From the sequence record SRR22947727_398: a DNA stretch of 20,000 nucleotides. One strand, written 5' to 3'. A model generated the notes under the pieces. It saw only the letters and a program-made list of their open reading frames with translations. It had not been told where the DNA came from and ran no database searches. The stretch's first letter is position 1; the number at the start of each line of letters is the position of its first letter. Of this stretch, positions 10,832 to 20,000 are shown in pieces. Made by a program: the position numbers and the translations under genes.

Positions 10832-12100
10832 TTAGAAGTTTTCTTTAAGCCAATATAAAGTTTTACCTAAAGGATTACCTTTATACCTTTTTTTTCGAAA
10901 TTTTTGACCGGATAAGTCAGGAGGGCCAGCAATAGCCTCCCCTGCTTCATCGAAAGCATGTTTCAACAACCCTATGACAACAGAAAAATCTGGATCTGAA
11001 ATACTTTCATTTAATCCCATCACGCCATGCGGAAGACCAATTCTTACTTTCTTGTTGAAAACATATTCTGCTAATTCTCTAACACCATTTAATTGGGAAC
11101 CTCCACCAGTGAGAACTATTCGGCGAAAATTTACTTCTTGCCCTGACTTCCAAATTTTTTCTTTCAATATTTCAAATGTTTCTTCTACGCGAGAACGAAT
11201 AATGGAAGTCAAAAGTTCATGTGGATGATGCGCCAGTTCATCTTGGGCACCCATAGGAGGACAAGGGATCATAACACTGTCATCATGAGAGCCATGCAAA
11301 GCAGATCCATAAACGCGTTTAATTCTTTCAGCTGCCTCAAGAGGTGTCGTTAACCCCCTAGCAATATCAAGAGTAACATTTTTTCCGCCTATTGGTAATG
11401 CATCCACATTCATTAAATTATTATCGTGAAATATTGATATTGTGGTGATACCCCCGCCCATGTCAATTAACGCAACACCTAAATCTCTTTCATCGGCTGT
11501 TAGCACACCAACTCCTGCAGCATATGGAGAAACCATCACAGAACTCATTCTCAAGTGGCTTCGCTCGATACAATGAGCAAGATTTCTCAATGGTCCAATT
11601 CCTGCTATCACACAATGCATATCAACGCCCAGTCTATTCCCAAACATACCCCTTGGATCTAATATACCCCTTTCATCATCAACTGACCAGTTCAAAGGAA
11701 TTGCATGCAAAATAGTATTTTCAGGCTGTGAGATTTCAGTCAAAGAATAATCTAATACTCTCCTACAGTTACGGTCATTTACAATGCCGCTTGCAAATTC
11801 AGTTTGAACACTCAAATTTTTAGATTGTATTGACTTAATAGCAACATTTACATGAACTGATTGAACAGTAACTCCTGCTTTTTTTTCAGCGATCGCAACT
11901 GCAGATCTAATAGCTTTTTCAGCAGCTTCCATATCTACAACAGCACCACATTTTAAACCTTGGCTTGCCGAAATTCCTGTACCTATAATTTTAATGCCCA
12001 AACTAGGTTCTCTTTGAGCAATCAAACACACTACTTTAGTTGAACCAATATCGACAACGGCAATTGTATCTATGTTTTTAGAATTACCTTTATTGAACAT
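10832..12100 (-). CDS. ftsA: Cell division protein FtsA
   Basis: VDIGSTKV, IDMGGGIT, AERIK, VLTGGGSQL actin-fold motifs and C-terminal membrane helix LYWLKENF. Confidence 0.98.
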   Translation of the reverse strand: MFNKGNSKNIDTIAVVDIGSTKVVCLIAQREPSLGIKIIGTGISASQGLKCGAVVDMEAAEKAIRSAVAIAEKKAGVTVQSVHVNVAIKSIQSKNLSVQTEFASGIVNDRNCRRVLDYSLTEISQPENTILHAIPLNWSVDDERGILDPRGMFGNRLGVDMHCVIAGIGPLRNLAHCIERSHLRMSSVMVSPYAAGVGVLTADERDLGVALIDMGGGITTISIFHDNNLMNVDALPIGGKNVTLDIARGLTTPLEAAERIKRVYGSALHGSHDDSVMIPCPPMGAQDELAHHPHELLTSIIRSRVEETFEILKEKIWKSGQEVNFRRIVLTGGGSQLNGVRELAEYVFNKKVRIGLPHGVMGLNESISDPDFSVVIGLLKHAFDEAGEAIAGPPDLSGQKFRKKRYKGNPLGKTLYWLKENF

Positions 12101-12105
12101 AAAAT

Positions 12106-12975
12106 CTAAATACCGCTATCATTACTGTCAGGCTTAAGTGATAATCTGTCCTTTAAGCGTAAATCAATAGTCCCTATTTTTCTGTCTAATATATCTCTTT
12201 GAGAATGTAAATTTTTTAGCATTAAAAGGGACTCATTTAAATTATGTTGGGACAGAAGCACTCTAATATTTCCTTTATCCATAATAATATCCCAACGATT
12301 CTCACTGACATAAACAAAGCTATCCACCCGTTCAGCTATACTGGGAAAGTTAAGAATTATTTCACTAATATTTGCTGCGTTAATCGCTGCATCTTTTCCG
12401 ACAAACAAATTTAAATTCTGATTCTCACTTACACTGGCACCCACAATTACCTCGCCTAAAATATCTATTACCTCAACCTTTCCTTTATATTGCCACAATG
12501 CAAAAGGTTGTCTCTCAACAATTTGAATAACTACTTGATCAGGCCACAAGCGCCTCACTAAAGCACGATTTACCCATGGCAAATCTTCTATTTTTTTCTG
12601 CGTTAAATTAATTTCAACATCAAAAAGATAGTCTCCATTCTGAAAATCTAAGATTTTTTTTACATCGTCTTCAGGCAATCGCCCTTCACCAATTACATTT
12701 ATTTTTTTTATAACAAACCCTAAAGATATCAGTCTATTACGTTTTATTTCTTCAGAATATTTTCTAATATCTGGTAAAAATCCACCAATCCATAAACTGA
12801 AAAAAGTAATAATAAATAATGTGGATATTATAGAGGTGCACAATTTAATAAATCCAAGGCGCGAATAACTAGCTAACCTTACTTGAGCTGAAGCCCAGTT
12901 TCTTGCCCCCTTGAGGCGAGGGCTTTTTCCCTTCAATGACTTTGAAATACTTTTGCGACTTTTCATCTTGGCCAT
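12106..12975 (-). CDS. ftsQ: Cell division protein FtsQ
   Basis: Basic N-tail, one TM segment, POTRA (LPWVNRALVRRLWPD), ERQPFALWQ, IDLRLKDR. ATG 12975 has SD GGAGGA at 12982-12987 and overlaps the ddl end. Confidence 0.95.
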   Translation of the reverse strand: MAKMKSRKSISKSLKGKSPRLKGARNWASAQVRLASYSRLGFIKLCTSIISTLFIITFFSLWIGGFLPDIRKYSEEIKRNRLISLGFVIKKINVIGEGRLPEDDVKKILDFQNGDYLFDVEINLTQKKIEDLPWVNRALVRRLWPDQVVIQIVERQPFALWQYKGKVEVIDILGEVIVGASVSENQNLNLFVGKDAAINAANISEIILNFPSIAERVDSFVYVSENRWDIIMDKGNIRVLLSQHNLNESLLMLKNLHSQRDILDRKIGTIDLRLKDRLSLKPDSNDSGI

Positions 12976-13883
12976 GTAGCATCCTCCACGATCCAACGGC
13001 AAAGTTTATCAAATGAAATACCAATTTTGTCTGCTTGCTCTGGTACCAATGAAGTAGGTGTCATTCCTGGCTGCGTATTTAATTCCAACATGACTAAACT
13101 GTCAGATTTACTCAAATTACTTTGTTTGTCATCATTGAATTTGAAATCGGATCTTGTAATGCCACGACAGCCTAATGCATTATGCGCCAAAACTGCCCAA
13201 GTTAGACACAAATCGCTTACTTCCTTATCAATTATTGCAGGTAGAATATGTTTTGAGCCACCTTTAGTATACTTTGAGTCAAAATCGTACCAACTCGATG
13301 TTGGAACAATTTCGGTTACACCAATAGCTTTTCCATTCATAACCGTAACCGTTAACTCTTTTCCTGGACAGAATTTTTCTATTAAAACCATTTCACCCAT
13401 TAGGTCTTTATTTTTAATATTTTTGATAGGCTCATCATCGGTTTGAACAATGAATATATCCTTACTGGAACCCTGCCCATTTGGCTTAATGACATAGGGA
13501 GGTTTCATAGGATGCTCAATTGAAACAGTATCTCTTGGCACTAAAAAACCGTAGGGCACATTTATTCCCATATCGCCAAAAATTATCTTTGATCTGTGCT
13601 TATCCATCGCTAAAGCAGAAGCCATTAATCCACTATGAGTGTATGGAGCGCCAAAAAGATCAAGAACTCCTTGAACCCGTCCATCCTCACCCCAATCGCC
13701 ATGCAGAGCGTTAAAAACAATATCAGGATCAGCTTTGGAAAGTTGCTCCCAAAGATTAACAGAAACATCAATTTCAATTACATCAAAACCTTCATTTTTC
13801 AAAGCACGTGCACAAGCCTTTCCACTTACAAGAGATACATCTCGTTCTGATGAAAAACCACCTTTAAGAACAGCCACTCTCAT
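12963..13883 (-). CDS. ddl: D-alanine--D-alanine ligase
   Basis: GGFSSERDVSL, LHGDWGEDG, GSS loop, YDFDSKY omega loop, ELNTQPGMT. ATG 13883 is coupled to the murB stop (TAATG). Confidence 0.97.
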   Translation of the reverse strand: MRVAVLKGGFSSERDVSLVSGKACARALKNEGFDVIEIDVSVNLWEQLSKADPDIVFNALHGDWGEDGRVQGVLDLFGAPYTHSGLMASALAMDKHRSKIIFGDMGINVPYGFLVPRDTVSIEHPMKPPYVIKPNGQGSSKDIFIVQTDDEPIKNIKNKDLMGEMVLIEKFCPGKELTVTVMNGKAIGVTEIVPTSSWYDFDSKYTKGGSKHILPAIIDKEVSDLCLTWAVLAHNALGCRGITRSDFKFNDDKQSNLSKSDSLVMLELNTQPGMTPTSLVPEQADKIGISFDKLCRWIVEDATWPR

Positions 13884-14791
13884 TAAAATTTCCCTATTTT
13901 TTGAATTTCCCACTCCAATTCTACCCCAAAAAATTTCTTAACCTTGGAAACTATTTTATTTCCCAAATCTTCAAAATCACTAGCCGTAGCATTGCCAGTA
14001 TTTATCATAAAATTACAGTGCTTATTACTCATTTGAGCACCACCGACTTTTAAACCCCTGCCACCTACAGCATCAATTAATTCCCAAGCACTAAGTCCTT
14101 TCGAAATAGTTTTATCTGGGTTTTTAAATGTAGAGCCACCTGTTTTTTCTTTAAGAGGCTGACTTTCATTTCTATTATTAGAAATTTTAGAAATCTTATC
14201 ATTAATAGAACTAATATCACCCGGTAATCCTTTAAAAAGAGCTTCGGTATAAATTAAATCATTTGACACACCTGAATGCCTATATGAATATTGGAGTTCT
14301 TTCAAATTTAGAACCATTCGGCGCCCGGATCTATCCAAGGCCACTGCACTCTCAAGAACATCTTTTGTTTCAGACCCATAACAACCCGCATTCATTCTTA
14401 ATGCCCCCCCTATAGTTCCTGGTATGCCTGCATAAAATTCAAGGCCTGATACACCTGATAAGGCTGCTTTTTTTGCAACTTTACTATCAAGAGCAGCTGC
14501 ACCGGCACGCACAGAAGTTCCCTCAATGCTAACATTACTAAAACCACCTCCTAATTTAATAACAACTCCTTTAACACCAGAGTCATGTACTAATATGTTT
14601 GATGCTGCACCCAATACTGTCATAGAAATATCATCCGGGGTAGACGATAAAAAGTGAGCTAAGTCGGCCTCATCTTTTGGCATAAAAAAAACTTCGGCTT
14701 CACCCCCAACCCTTAACCATGTATATTTTTCTAACGGTACATTAGCAGCAAGTAGGCCTCTGACTTCTGGAAGACTATCAATAAGTGACAT
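13883..14791 (-). CDS. murB: UDP-N-acetylenolpyruvoylglucosamine reductase
   Basis: TWLRVGG, SNILV.D.G, GIPGTIGGALRMNAG, YSYR, GSTFKNP, HCNFMIN, LEWE. TAATG overlap with murC. Confidence 0.98.
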   Translation of the reverse strand: MSLIDSLPEVRGLLAANVPLEKYTWLRVGGEAEVFFMPKDEADLAHFLSSTPDDISMTVLGAASNILVHDSGVKGVVIKLGGGFSNVSIEGTSVRAGAAALDSKVAKKAALSGVSGLEFYAGIPGTIGGALRMNAGCYGSETKDVLESAVALDRSGRRMVLNLKELQYSYRHSGVSNDLIYTEALFKGLPGDISSINDKISKISNNRNESQPLKEKTGGSTFKNPDKTISKGLSAWELIDAVGGRGLKVGGAQMSNKHCNFMINTGNATASDFEDLGNKIVSKVKKFFGVELEWEIQKIGKF

Positions 14792-16218
14792 TAAACATTA
14801 CCTTTATCAACCAAGTCTGACGCCCAGTAAGTTATATCTCCAGCCCCTAAACAAACAATAATATCACCTTCATGCACATTTCTTTTTAGAGTCTTTGGAA
14901 GATTATCTTTAGTTATACAAACGGCATGCTTGTGACCATGAGAGATTATACTATTTACGAGAGTCAAGGAGTTTAAATTTTCAATAGGCTTTTCACCTGC
15001 AGGATATATATCGGCGATATAAACAAAATCCGCTTCATTAAAACAAGTAGAAAAATCATTAAAAAGCTCTTTAAGTCTTGAAAATCTATGCGGCTGCATA
15101 ACCGCATGTACTTTCCCTTTTGAAACCTGCCTGGCAGCTTGCAGTACTGCTGATATTTCAACGGGGTGATGACCATAGTCATCGATTACACTTGCACCTT
15201 CAAAATTTCCCAAATATGTAAATCTTCTTTTAACGCCCGCAAAAGTCTGAAGCCCTTCCCTAACCTGGGCTTCGGATAAGTTTAGCTCTCTTGAAACTGC
15301 AATTGCTGATAAAGCATTTTGAACATTATGCCTTCCAGCCATCGGTAAAAATAACCGTTCCCATTTTTTTTCTTCTTCTTTAGAGTCTTTGAATACAACA
15401 TCAAAGAAAGAACCCATTGTACTTAACTCCAAATTTTCAGCTCTTAAATCAGCTTGAGGATTAAAACCATAAGTTATAGCTCTCCTATCAGTCACTCGAC
15501 TTGCTAATGCTTGAACTTCAGGGTCATCTATACAAAGAACTGCAAAACCATAAAATGGTAGATTTTCTACAAATATTTTGAAAGCATCACGCAATCTATC
15601 AAAACTACCATAATGCTCTAAATGTTCAGGATCTATATTCGTTACCACAGCAATTGTCGGAAATAACTTAAGAAATGATCCATCCGACTCATCTGCCTCA
15701 ACAACCATCCAGTCGCCCAATCCAAGCTTAGCATTTGAACCATAAGCATTAATTATACCACCATTTATTACTGTAGGGTCAAGATTCCCACCTTCAAGCA
15801 AGGCAGAAATCATAGTAGTTGTAGTAGTTTTTCCATGAGTACCGCCAACTGCTATAGCCCATTTTAATCTCATCAATTCAGCAAGCATTTCAGCTCGTCT
15901 AACTATAGGTATCGACATAAGTCTTGCTTCAACTAGCTCAGGGTTATCTGCGCTGATTGCGGAGCTCATCACAACGGCTTCCACCCCATGAACTTGAGAA
16001 GATTTTTGGCCTAAATAAATCGTGGCCCCAAGCTTCGTTAGTCTTTTTGTTATCTCAGTTTCACGACCATCTGACCCCTGAACAACATAACCTAAGTTTA
16101 GCATTACCTCTGCAATTCCAGACATTCCTATGCCGCCTATTCCAACAAAATGGATGGGGCCGTTATTAAAGGGAACCTTTGTAGCAATTTGAGTATTTCC
16201 TAAATCTAAGTTAGCCAT
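14791..16218 (-). CDS. murC: UDP-N-acetylmuramate--L-alanine ligase
   Basis: HFVGIGGIGMSG, GTHGKTTTT, EADESDGSF, DDYGHHP, QPHRFSR, GAGDI. ATG 16218 (TTG 16221 is an alternative) follows an SD-like AAGGG. Confidence 0.98.
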   Translation of the reverse strand: MANLDLGNTQIATKVPFNNGPIHFVGIGGIGMSGIAEVMLNLGYVVQGSDGRETEITKRLTKLGATIYLGQKSSQVHGVEAVVMSSAISADNPELVEARLMSIPIVRRAEMLAELMRLKWAIAVGGTHGKTTTTTMISALLEGGNLDPTVINGGIINAYGSNAKLGLGDWMVVEADESDGSFLKLFPTIAVVTNIDPEHLEHYGSFDRLRDAFKIFVENLPFYGFAVLCIDDPEVQALASRVTDRRAITYGFNPQADLRAENLELSTMGSFFDVVFKDSKEEEKKWERLFLPMAGRHNVQNALSAIAVSRELNLSEAQVREGLQTFAGVKRRFTYLGNFEGASVIDDYGHHPVEISAVLQAARQVSKGKVHAVMQPHRFSRLKELFNDFSTCFNEADFVYIADIYPAGEKPIENLNSLTLVNSIISHGHKHAVCITKDNLPKTLKRNVHEGDIIVCLGAGDITYWASDLVDKGNV

Positions 16219-16227
16219 CAATAACCC

Positions 16228-17310
16228 TTAATTTTCAATTATTGAAATCACTAAACTAGTTAATTCGGATGCTGAATGTGGTCGCGACACCGATTTAGAC
16301 TGTTCCGAAGCTTTTTTTAACCAGTTAGAATCATTCAACCTGAGCTCTAGGATAGTCTTTATTTTTTCAGGTGTAAATTCAGATTCCAAGAGAATATCCG
16401 CTGCATTTTTACAGGCCAGTGTTTTCGCATTGTATGTTTGGTGATTATCCATAGCAATCGCTAAGGGCACTAAGAGTGAAGGAATTCCCATAGCTGAAAT
16501 TTCAGAAACAGATGATGCACCAGCACGACTGATTATATAATGTGCGTTAGATAAGTGAACTTCTATATCTGAAAAAAATGTCTCACATATTGCTTCGACA
16601 CCAGCTTGATTATATGCATCGAAAGCTTTTTCTTTGAAATCTATTTTGGTTTGCTGCACGATCTTCAATTTTTTACGCATATTCTTTGGAAGCTGAGCAA
16701 TTGCCTCAGGAATCTTAGTACTAAAAATTTTCGCTCCAAGACTACCGCCTACTATTAAAATATTAATGTTTTCTTCTGGAGCTGTATATTTTTTTGGTAT
16801 TTGCTTTATTATCTTCTCTCTTAATGGATTACCTGTGCAAACATGATTGGCTAGAGGAGAAATTTTTTGAAGATCTTCAAAACCTGATGCAACGTATTTC
16901 GCTCTCAGGGCAAAAATACGGTTAACCCTGCCAAGAACAGCATTTTGTTCATGAATTATTATCGGAATATTGAGAAATTGAGCCGCAATTAAAACAGGGA
17001 AAGAAGGGTAACCTCCAAATCCAACAACTACGTCTGGTTTCCATTTAACCATATACTTTATCGATTGGAAAATACCTTGAAGTATTTTAAACCCAGAGAA
17101 AAGCAGGTTTAAAGGTTTCCGCAACGAAATACTTGAAGAAGTTATCTCCAATATATTATTAGCAGGAATATTCTTAGTATGCTGCAGGCCTCTTTTATCT
17201 GTCGCGAAAGTAACTAAATACCCCTTAGAAACCAAACACTCAGTTAAAGATTGCCCTGGAAAAATATGCCCACCTGTACCTCCTGCGGCTACTAATACTT
17301 TATTCTCCAT
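16228..17310 (-). CDS. murG: Lipid II GlcNAc transferase MurG
   Basis: GGTGGH, FGGYPS, HEQN, GNPLR, GGSLGA, RAGASSVSE, HQTYNA. Start reassigned to ATG 17310 (MENKVLV), overlapping the ftsW end. Confidence 0.97.
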   Translation of the reverse strand: MENKVLVAAGGTGGHIFPGQSLTECLVSKGYLVTFATDKRGLQHTKNIPANNILEITSSSISLRKPLNLLFSGFKILQGIFQSIKYMVKWKPDVVVGFGGYPSFPVLIAAQFLNIPIIIHEQNAVLGRVNRIFALRAKYVASGFEDLQKISPLANHVCTGNPLREKIIKQIPKKYTAPEENINILIVGGSLGAKIFSTKIPEAIAQLPKNMRKKLKIVQQTKIDFKEKAFDAYNQAGVEAICETFFSDIEVHLSNAHYIISRAGASSVSEISAMGIPSLLVPLAIAMDNHQTYNAKTLACKNAADILLESEFTPEKIKTILELRLNDSNWLKKASEQSKSVSRPHSASELTSLVISIIEN

Positions 17311-18445
17311 AACCATAGGCCCCTGGACGCTTTCGAGTGAATGATAAAATAAGTCCTGAAGTAAAACAAAGAGCAAGCATAGAAGAGCCACCATATGAAA
17401 TAAATGGCAATGTCATTCCTTTAGAAGGTATCATATTTAAATTAACAAATAAATTTATCAAAAGTTGCACCCCAATCATTGTCGCTAGGCCTGCCACAGC
17501 CAACTGACTAAAATAATCATTCAACTTAACTGCATTACGAAAACATCTCAGAACAAAACTACCTAATAATATTATTAAAAAGGTAGATATTAAATAACCA
17601 AATTCCTCGACAGTTATAGCAAAAATATAGTCTGTATGACCATCGGGAAGACTATATTTAACAGCTCCCTCACCTGGCCCTCTACCCCAGAAACCCCCGT
17701 TTGATATTGCCTCTAACGCTTTGTCTATTTGATAAGTATCTGAGTTACTGGGGCTTAAGAACTTTTCAATTCGAACTCGGAAATGATGTAACTTTATGTA
17801 AGCTAAAGAAACCAAACCCATTATAATAAAAATAAAAGTCAAAGTACCCCTTATTGATATGCCACCGAAGAAGCAGACCGCAGCGAAGCATACCGTCAAT
17901 AGGAAGGCTTGCCCAACATCGGGCTGATTTAAAAGTAATAAAATTGTAAATAGCCATATCAAAGTTACAATAAAACTTGCCAGTACACTATTGTCATTTT
18001 TCACTGCCGAAAATATCCAAGCGACAAATACTATAAAAGCTGGTTTAATAAATTCTGATGGCTGTAAACTAATCGACCCTACTCTTAGCCACCTAATAGC
18101 ACCCTTAACTTCATAACCAATAAAAGGTAATGAAATTAATATTATTAAAGATCCTAAAAGGGCTAAAACTCCTATTCTGCGAGCATCGTTTGGAGATAAA
18201 ATAGATATAAAAAAAGCTCCTGCCAGTCCAAGAGTAACAAATATTAATTGACGAAAGAAAAAATAAAATGGATCGTCTAAACCCAGACGAGCACTCGCCG
18301 CCGGAGATGCTGCCAGACTAAGAATTAGCCCTGCTATAATACTAAGTAAAAGCAAACTTAATCCCAGTCGGTCAATCGTGCGCCACCACTCAGAAAAGTA
18401 TGAGCGATCAGTTCTAGCCGAAATAAATTTCATTGATGATAACAT
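17300..18445 (-). CDS. ftsW: SEDS peptidoglycan polymerase FtsW
   Basis: Multi-TM protein with WWRTIDR, KGAIRW, LQPSEFIKP, QPDVG, PDGHTDYIF, KGMTLPFISYGGSS; position in dcw cluster. Confidence 0.97.
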   Translation of the reverse strand: MLSSMKFISARTDRSYFSEWWRTIDRLGLSLLLLSIIAGLILSLAASPAASARLGLDDPFYFFFRQLIFVTLGLAGAFFISILSPNDARRIGVLALLGSLIILISLPFIGYEVKGAIRWLRVGSISLQPSEFIKPAFIVFVAWIFSAVKNDNSVLASFIVTLIWLFTILLLLNQPDVGQAFLLTVCFAAVCFFGGISIRGTLTFIFIIMGLVSLAYIKLHHFRVRIEKFLSPSNSDTYQIDKALEAISNGGFWGRGPGEGAVKYSLPDGHTDYIFAITVEEFGYLISTFLIILLGSFVLRCFRNAVKLNDYFSQLAVAGLATMIGVQLLINLFVNLNMIPSKGMTLPFISYGGSSMLALCFTSGLILSFTRKRPGAYGYGE

Positions 18446-18456
18446 TTATTTTAAGC

Positions 18457-19878
18457 TCACTTTATTTCTTCTTTAGAAAATAATTCTATTATTCTATTAG
18501 CATGGCTACGAAAAGCATCACCTCTAATTGCAAAATTTTCAAATTGGTCAAAACTAGAGCAAGAAGGGGAAAGCATCACTACAGGGTTGGGCTGTTCTGA
18601 CTGGATTGCATCACGTGTGGCACAAATTATTGCCTTTTCTAAAGTTCCTGAAATTTTATGTTCAACATTATACTTTGTCAGAGTTTTATGAAATTTGGGT
18701 GCAGACTCTCCAATTAGGTAAGACTTAGTAACATTCTTAAAATAATGGGTTAAAGGCTCAATACCATCAGATTTTGATTTACCACCCACAATCCAAAAAA
18801 TATTTGAGTACGTGTTCAGAGCTTGCATTGTAGAATCTGAATTAGTAGCTTTACTATCATTCACAAACATCACAGGACCTGCAAAGCCAAGATTTTCCAT
18901 TCTATGGGGTAATCCTGAAAAAGATAAAATTGCTTGACCAACTTTTATAACATCTAGACCGATTGATTGCACAGCAGCATAAGCTGCAGCAGCATTTTGA
19001 TGATTATGCCTTCCTGATAAAGCTTTAGCTTTAGATAAATCACATATCTCAACACACTTTCCATTTATATTGCTATAAAGCCTACTGTTAACAACAGAAA
19101 CACCTCGGCCTAACGATTTTCCAGCCGAGACTGGAATTATACGTCTACCATTTTTAGCTGTTAAGTCAGAAAATATCAATTTAGTTGAAGCGGTATCAAC
19201 ACCAATTACAGCAGTATCTTGAGGCAGTTGGTTATTAAAAACTCTTTTCTTAATATCAGTATAATTATCAAATCGACCATGTCGATCTAAGTGATCAGGC
19301 GATAAATTCAATAAAACGGCTACATCAGAGCGTAATGAATATGTACGTTCAAGCTGATAGGATGATAGTTCAATTACGTAATATTTACCAGCATGCATTC
19401 TTTGCAGGCCCATAATCCCTTGGCCAATATTACCACCAATTTCGACATCCTTACCGCAATAAGATAAAATATGACCAATCAGTGCCGTTGTCGTTGATTT
19501 TCCATTTGTTCCAGTAATAGTTATTACTTTAGGTTTTTGCTCATAAGGCAATAAGTTTAACTCACGAGCAAAGAGTTCAATGTCACATATGATAGGAATG
19601 CTATGCTTTCGGGCCTTAATAGCTGTCCAGTGTGGCCTTGGTAATTTATCTGGAATACCTGGCGATAAAATAAGAGCATCAAAAAAGGACCAATCAACTT
19701 TAGCCAAATTTTCTACCTTTACGCCCATCTCTCTTGCAAGGTCAACTGAAGCATCATTATCATCCCAAGCAAAAACGTCAGCACCTCCCGCTGCTAAAGA
19801 TAAAGCAGCACTCACACCCGTTAGGCCTAAGCCGAAAACAGCTACTTTTTTACCCTTGTATGAATTTGACCTTATCAC
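18457..19878 (-). CDS. murD: UDP-N-acetylmuramoyl-L-alanine--D-glutamate ligase
   Basis: GLGLTG, LSPGIP, ITGTNGKSTT, GGNIG, ELSSYQL, DHLDRH, NDSKATN, SP.CSSFDQF. GTG start follows SD AGGTGA, which includes the mraY stop. Confidence 0.98.
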   Translation of the reverse strand: MIRSNSYKGKKVAVFGLGLTGVSAALSLAAGGADVFAWDDNDASVDLAREMGVKVENLAKVDWSFFDALILSPGIPDKLPRPHWTAIKARKHSIPIICDIELFARELNLLPYEQKPKVITITGTNGKSTTTALIGHILSYCGKDVEIGGNIGQGIMGLQRMHAGKYYVIELSSYQLERTYSLRSDVAVLLNLSPDHLDRHGRFDNYTDIKKRVFNNQLPQDTAVIGVDTASTKLIFSDLTAKNGRRIIPVSAGKSLGRGVSVVNSRLYSNINGKCVEICDLSKAKALSGRHNHQNAAAAYAAVQSIGLDVIKVGQAILSFSGLPHRMENLGFAGPVMFVNDSKATNSDSTMQALNTYSNIFWIVGGKSKSDGIEPLTHYFKNVTKSYLIGESAPKFHKTLTKYNVEHKISGTLEKAIICATRDAIQSEQPNPVVMLSPSCSSFDQFENFAIRGDAFRSHANRIIELFSKEEIK

Positions 19879-19882
19879 ACGT

Positions 19883-20000
19883 TCACCTGAGCTTTAGAGT
19901 TGAAAGACCAATTAAAGCAAGAATTATAGCTATTATCCAAAATCTTATAACAATCGTGGGTTCAGCCCAGCCTTTCTTTTCAAAATGATGATGGATTGGT
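19883..20000 (-). CDS. mraY: Phospho-N-acetylmuramoyl-pentapeptide transferase, C-terminal fragment
   Basis: My translation: [38 protein letters not shown], stop TGA 19883-19885. Contains the MraY HHH motif and the alphaproteobacterial LKLR end. Confidence 0.97.
   Translation of the reverse strand, partial: PIHHHFEKKGWAEPTIVIRFWIIAIILALIGLSTLKLR

Noticed and set aside
13268..13293. Ddl omega loop WYDFDSKY as a possible D-Ala-D-Lac variant
   Set aside because: The specificity Tyr (KY) is retained, consistent with an ordinary D-Ala-D-Ala ligase.

Overview
AT-rich, compact alphaproteobacterial core-genome window. DivK, FtsZ and gene order resemble the Caulobacter/Hyphomonas/Maricaulis group; the taxonomy is my inference. 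The + strand left end carries the rnr 3' end, a NUDT19-like NUDIX hydrolase and rpmG (missing from the ORF track), followed by a convergent divK and a divergent dinB. The - strand carries a continuous division/envelope/repair run: mraY(3' end)-murD-ftsW-murG-murC-murB-ddl-ftsQ-ftsA-ftsZ-lpxC-bamD-recN-ligA, then a WCHDS thioredoxin-fold lipoprotein. I see no mobile element, CRISPR array, RNA gene or clearly new system. The most notable points are an intact divK with no room for its usual partner pleD, CtrA-type TTAA-N7-TTAA boxes upstream of ftsZ and of the thioredoxin gene, and signs of genome streamlining.
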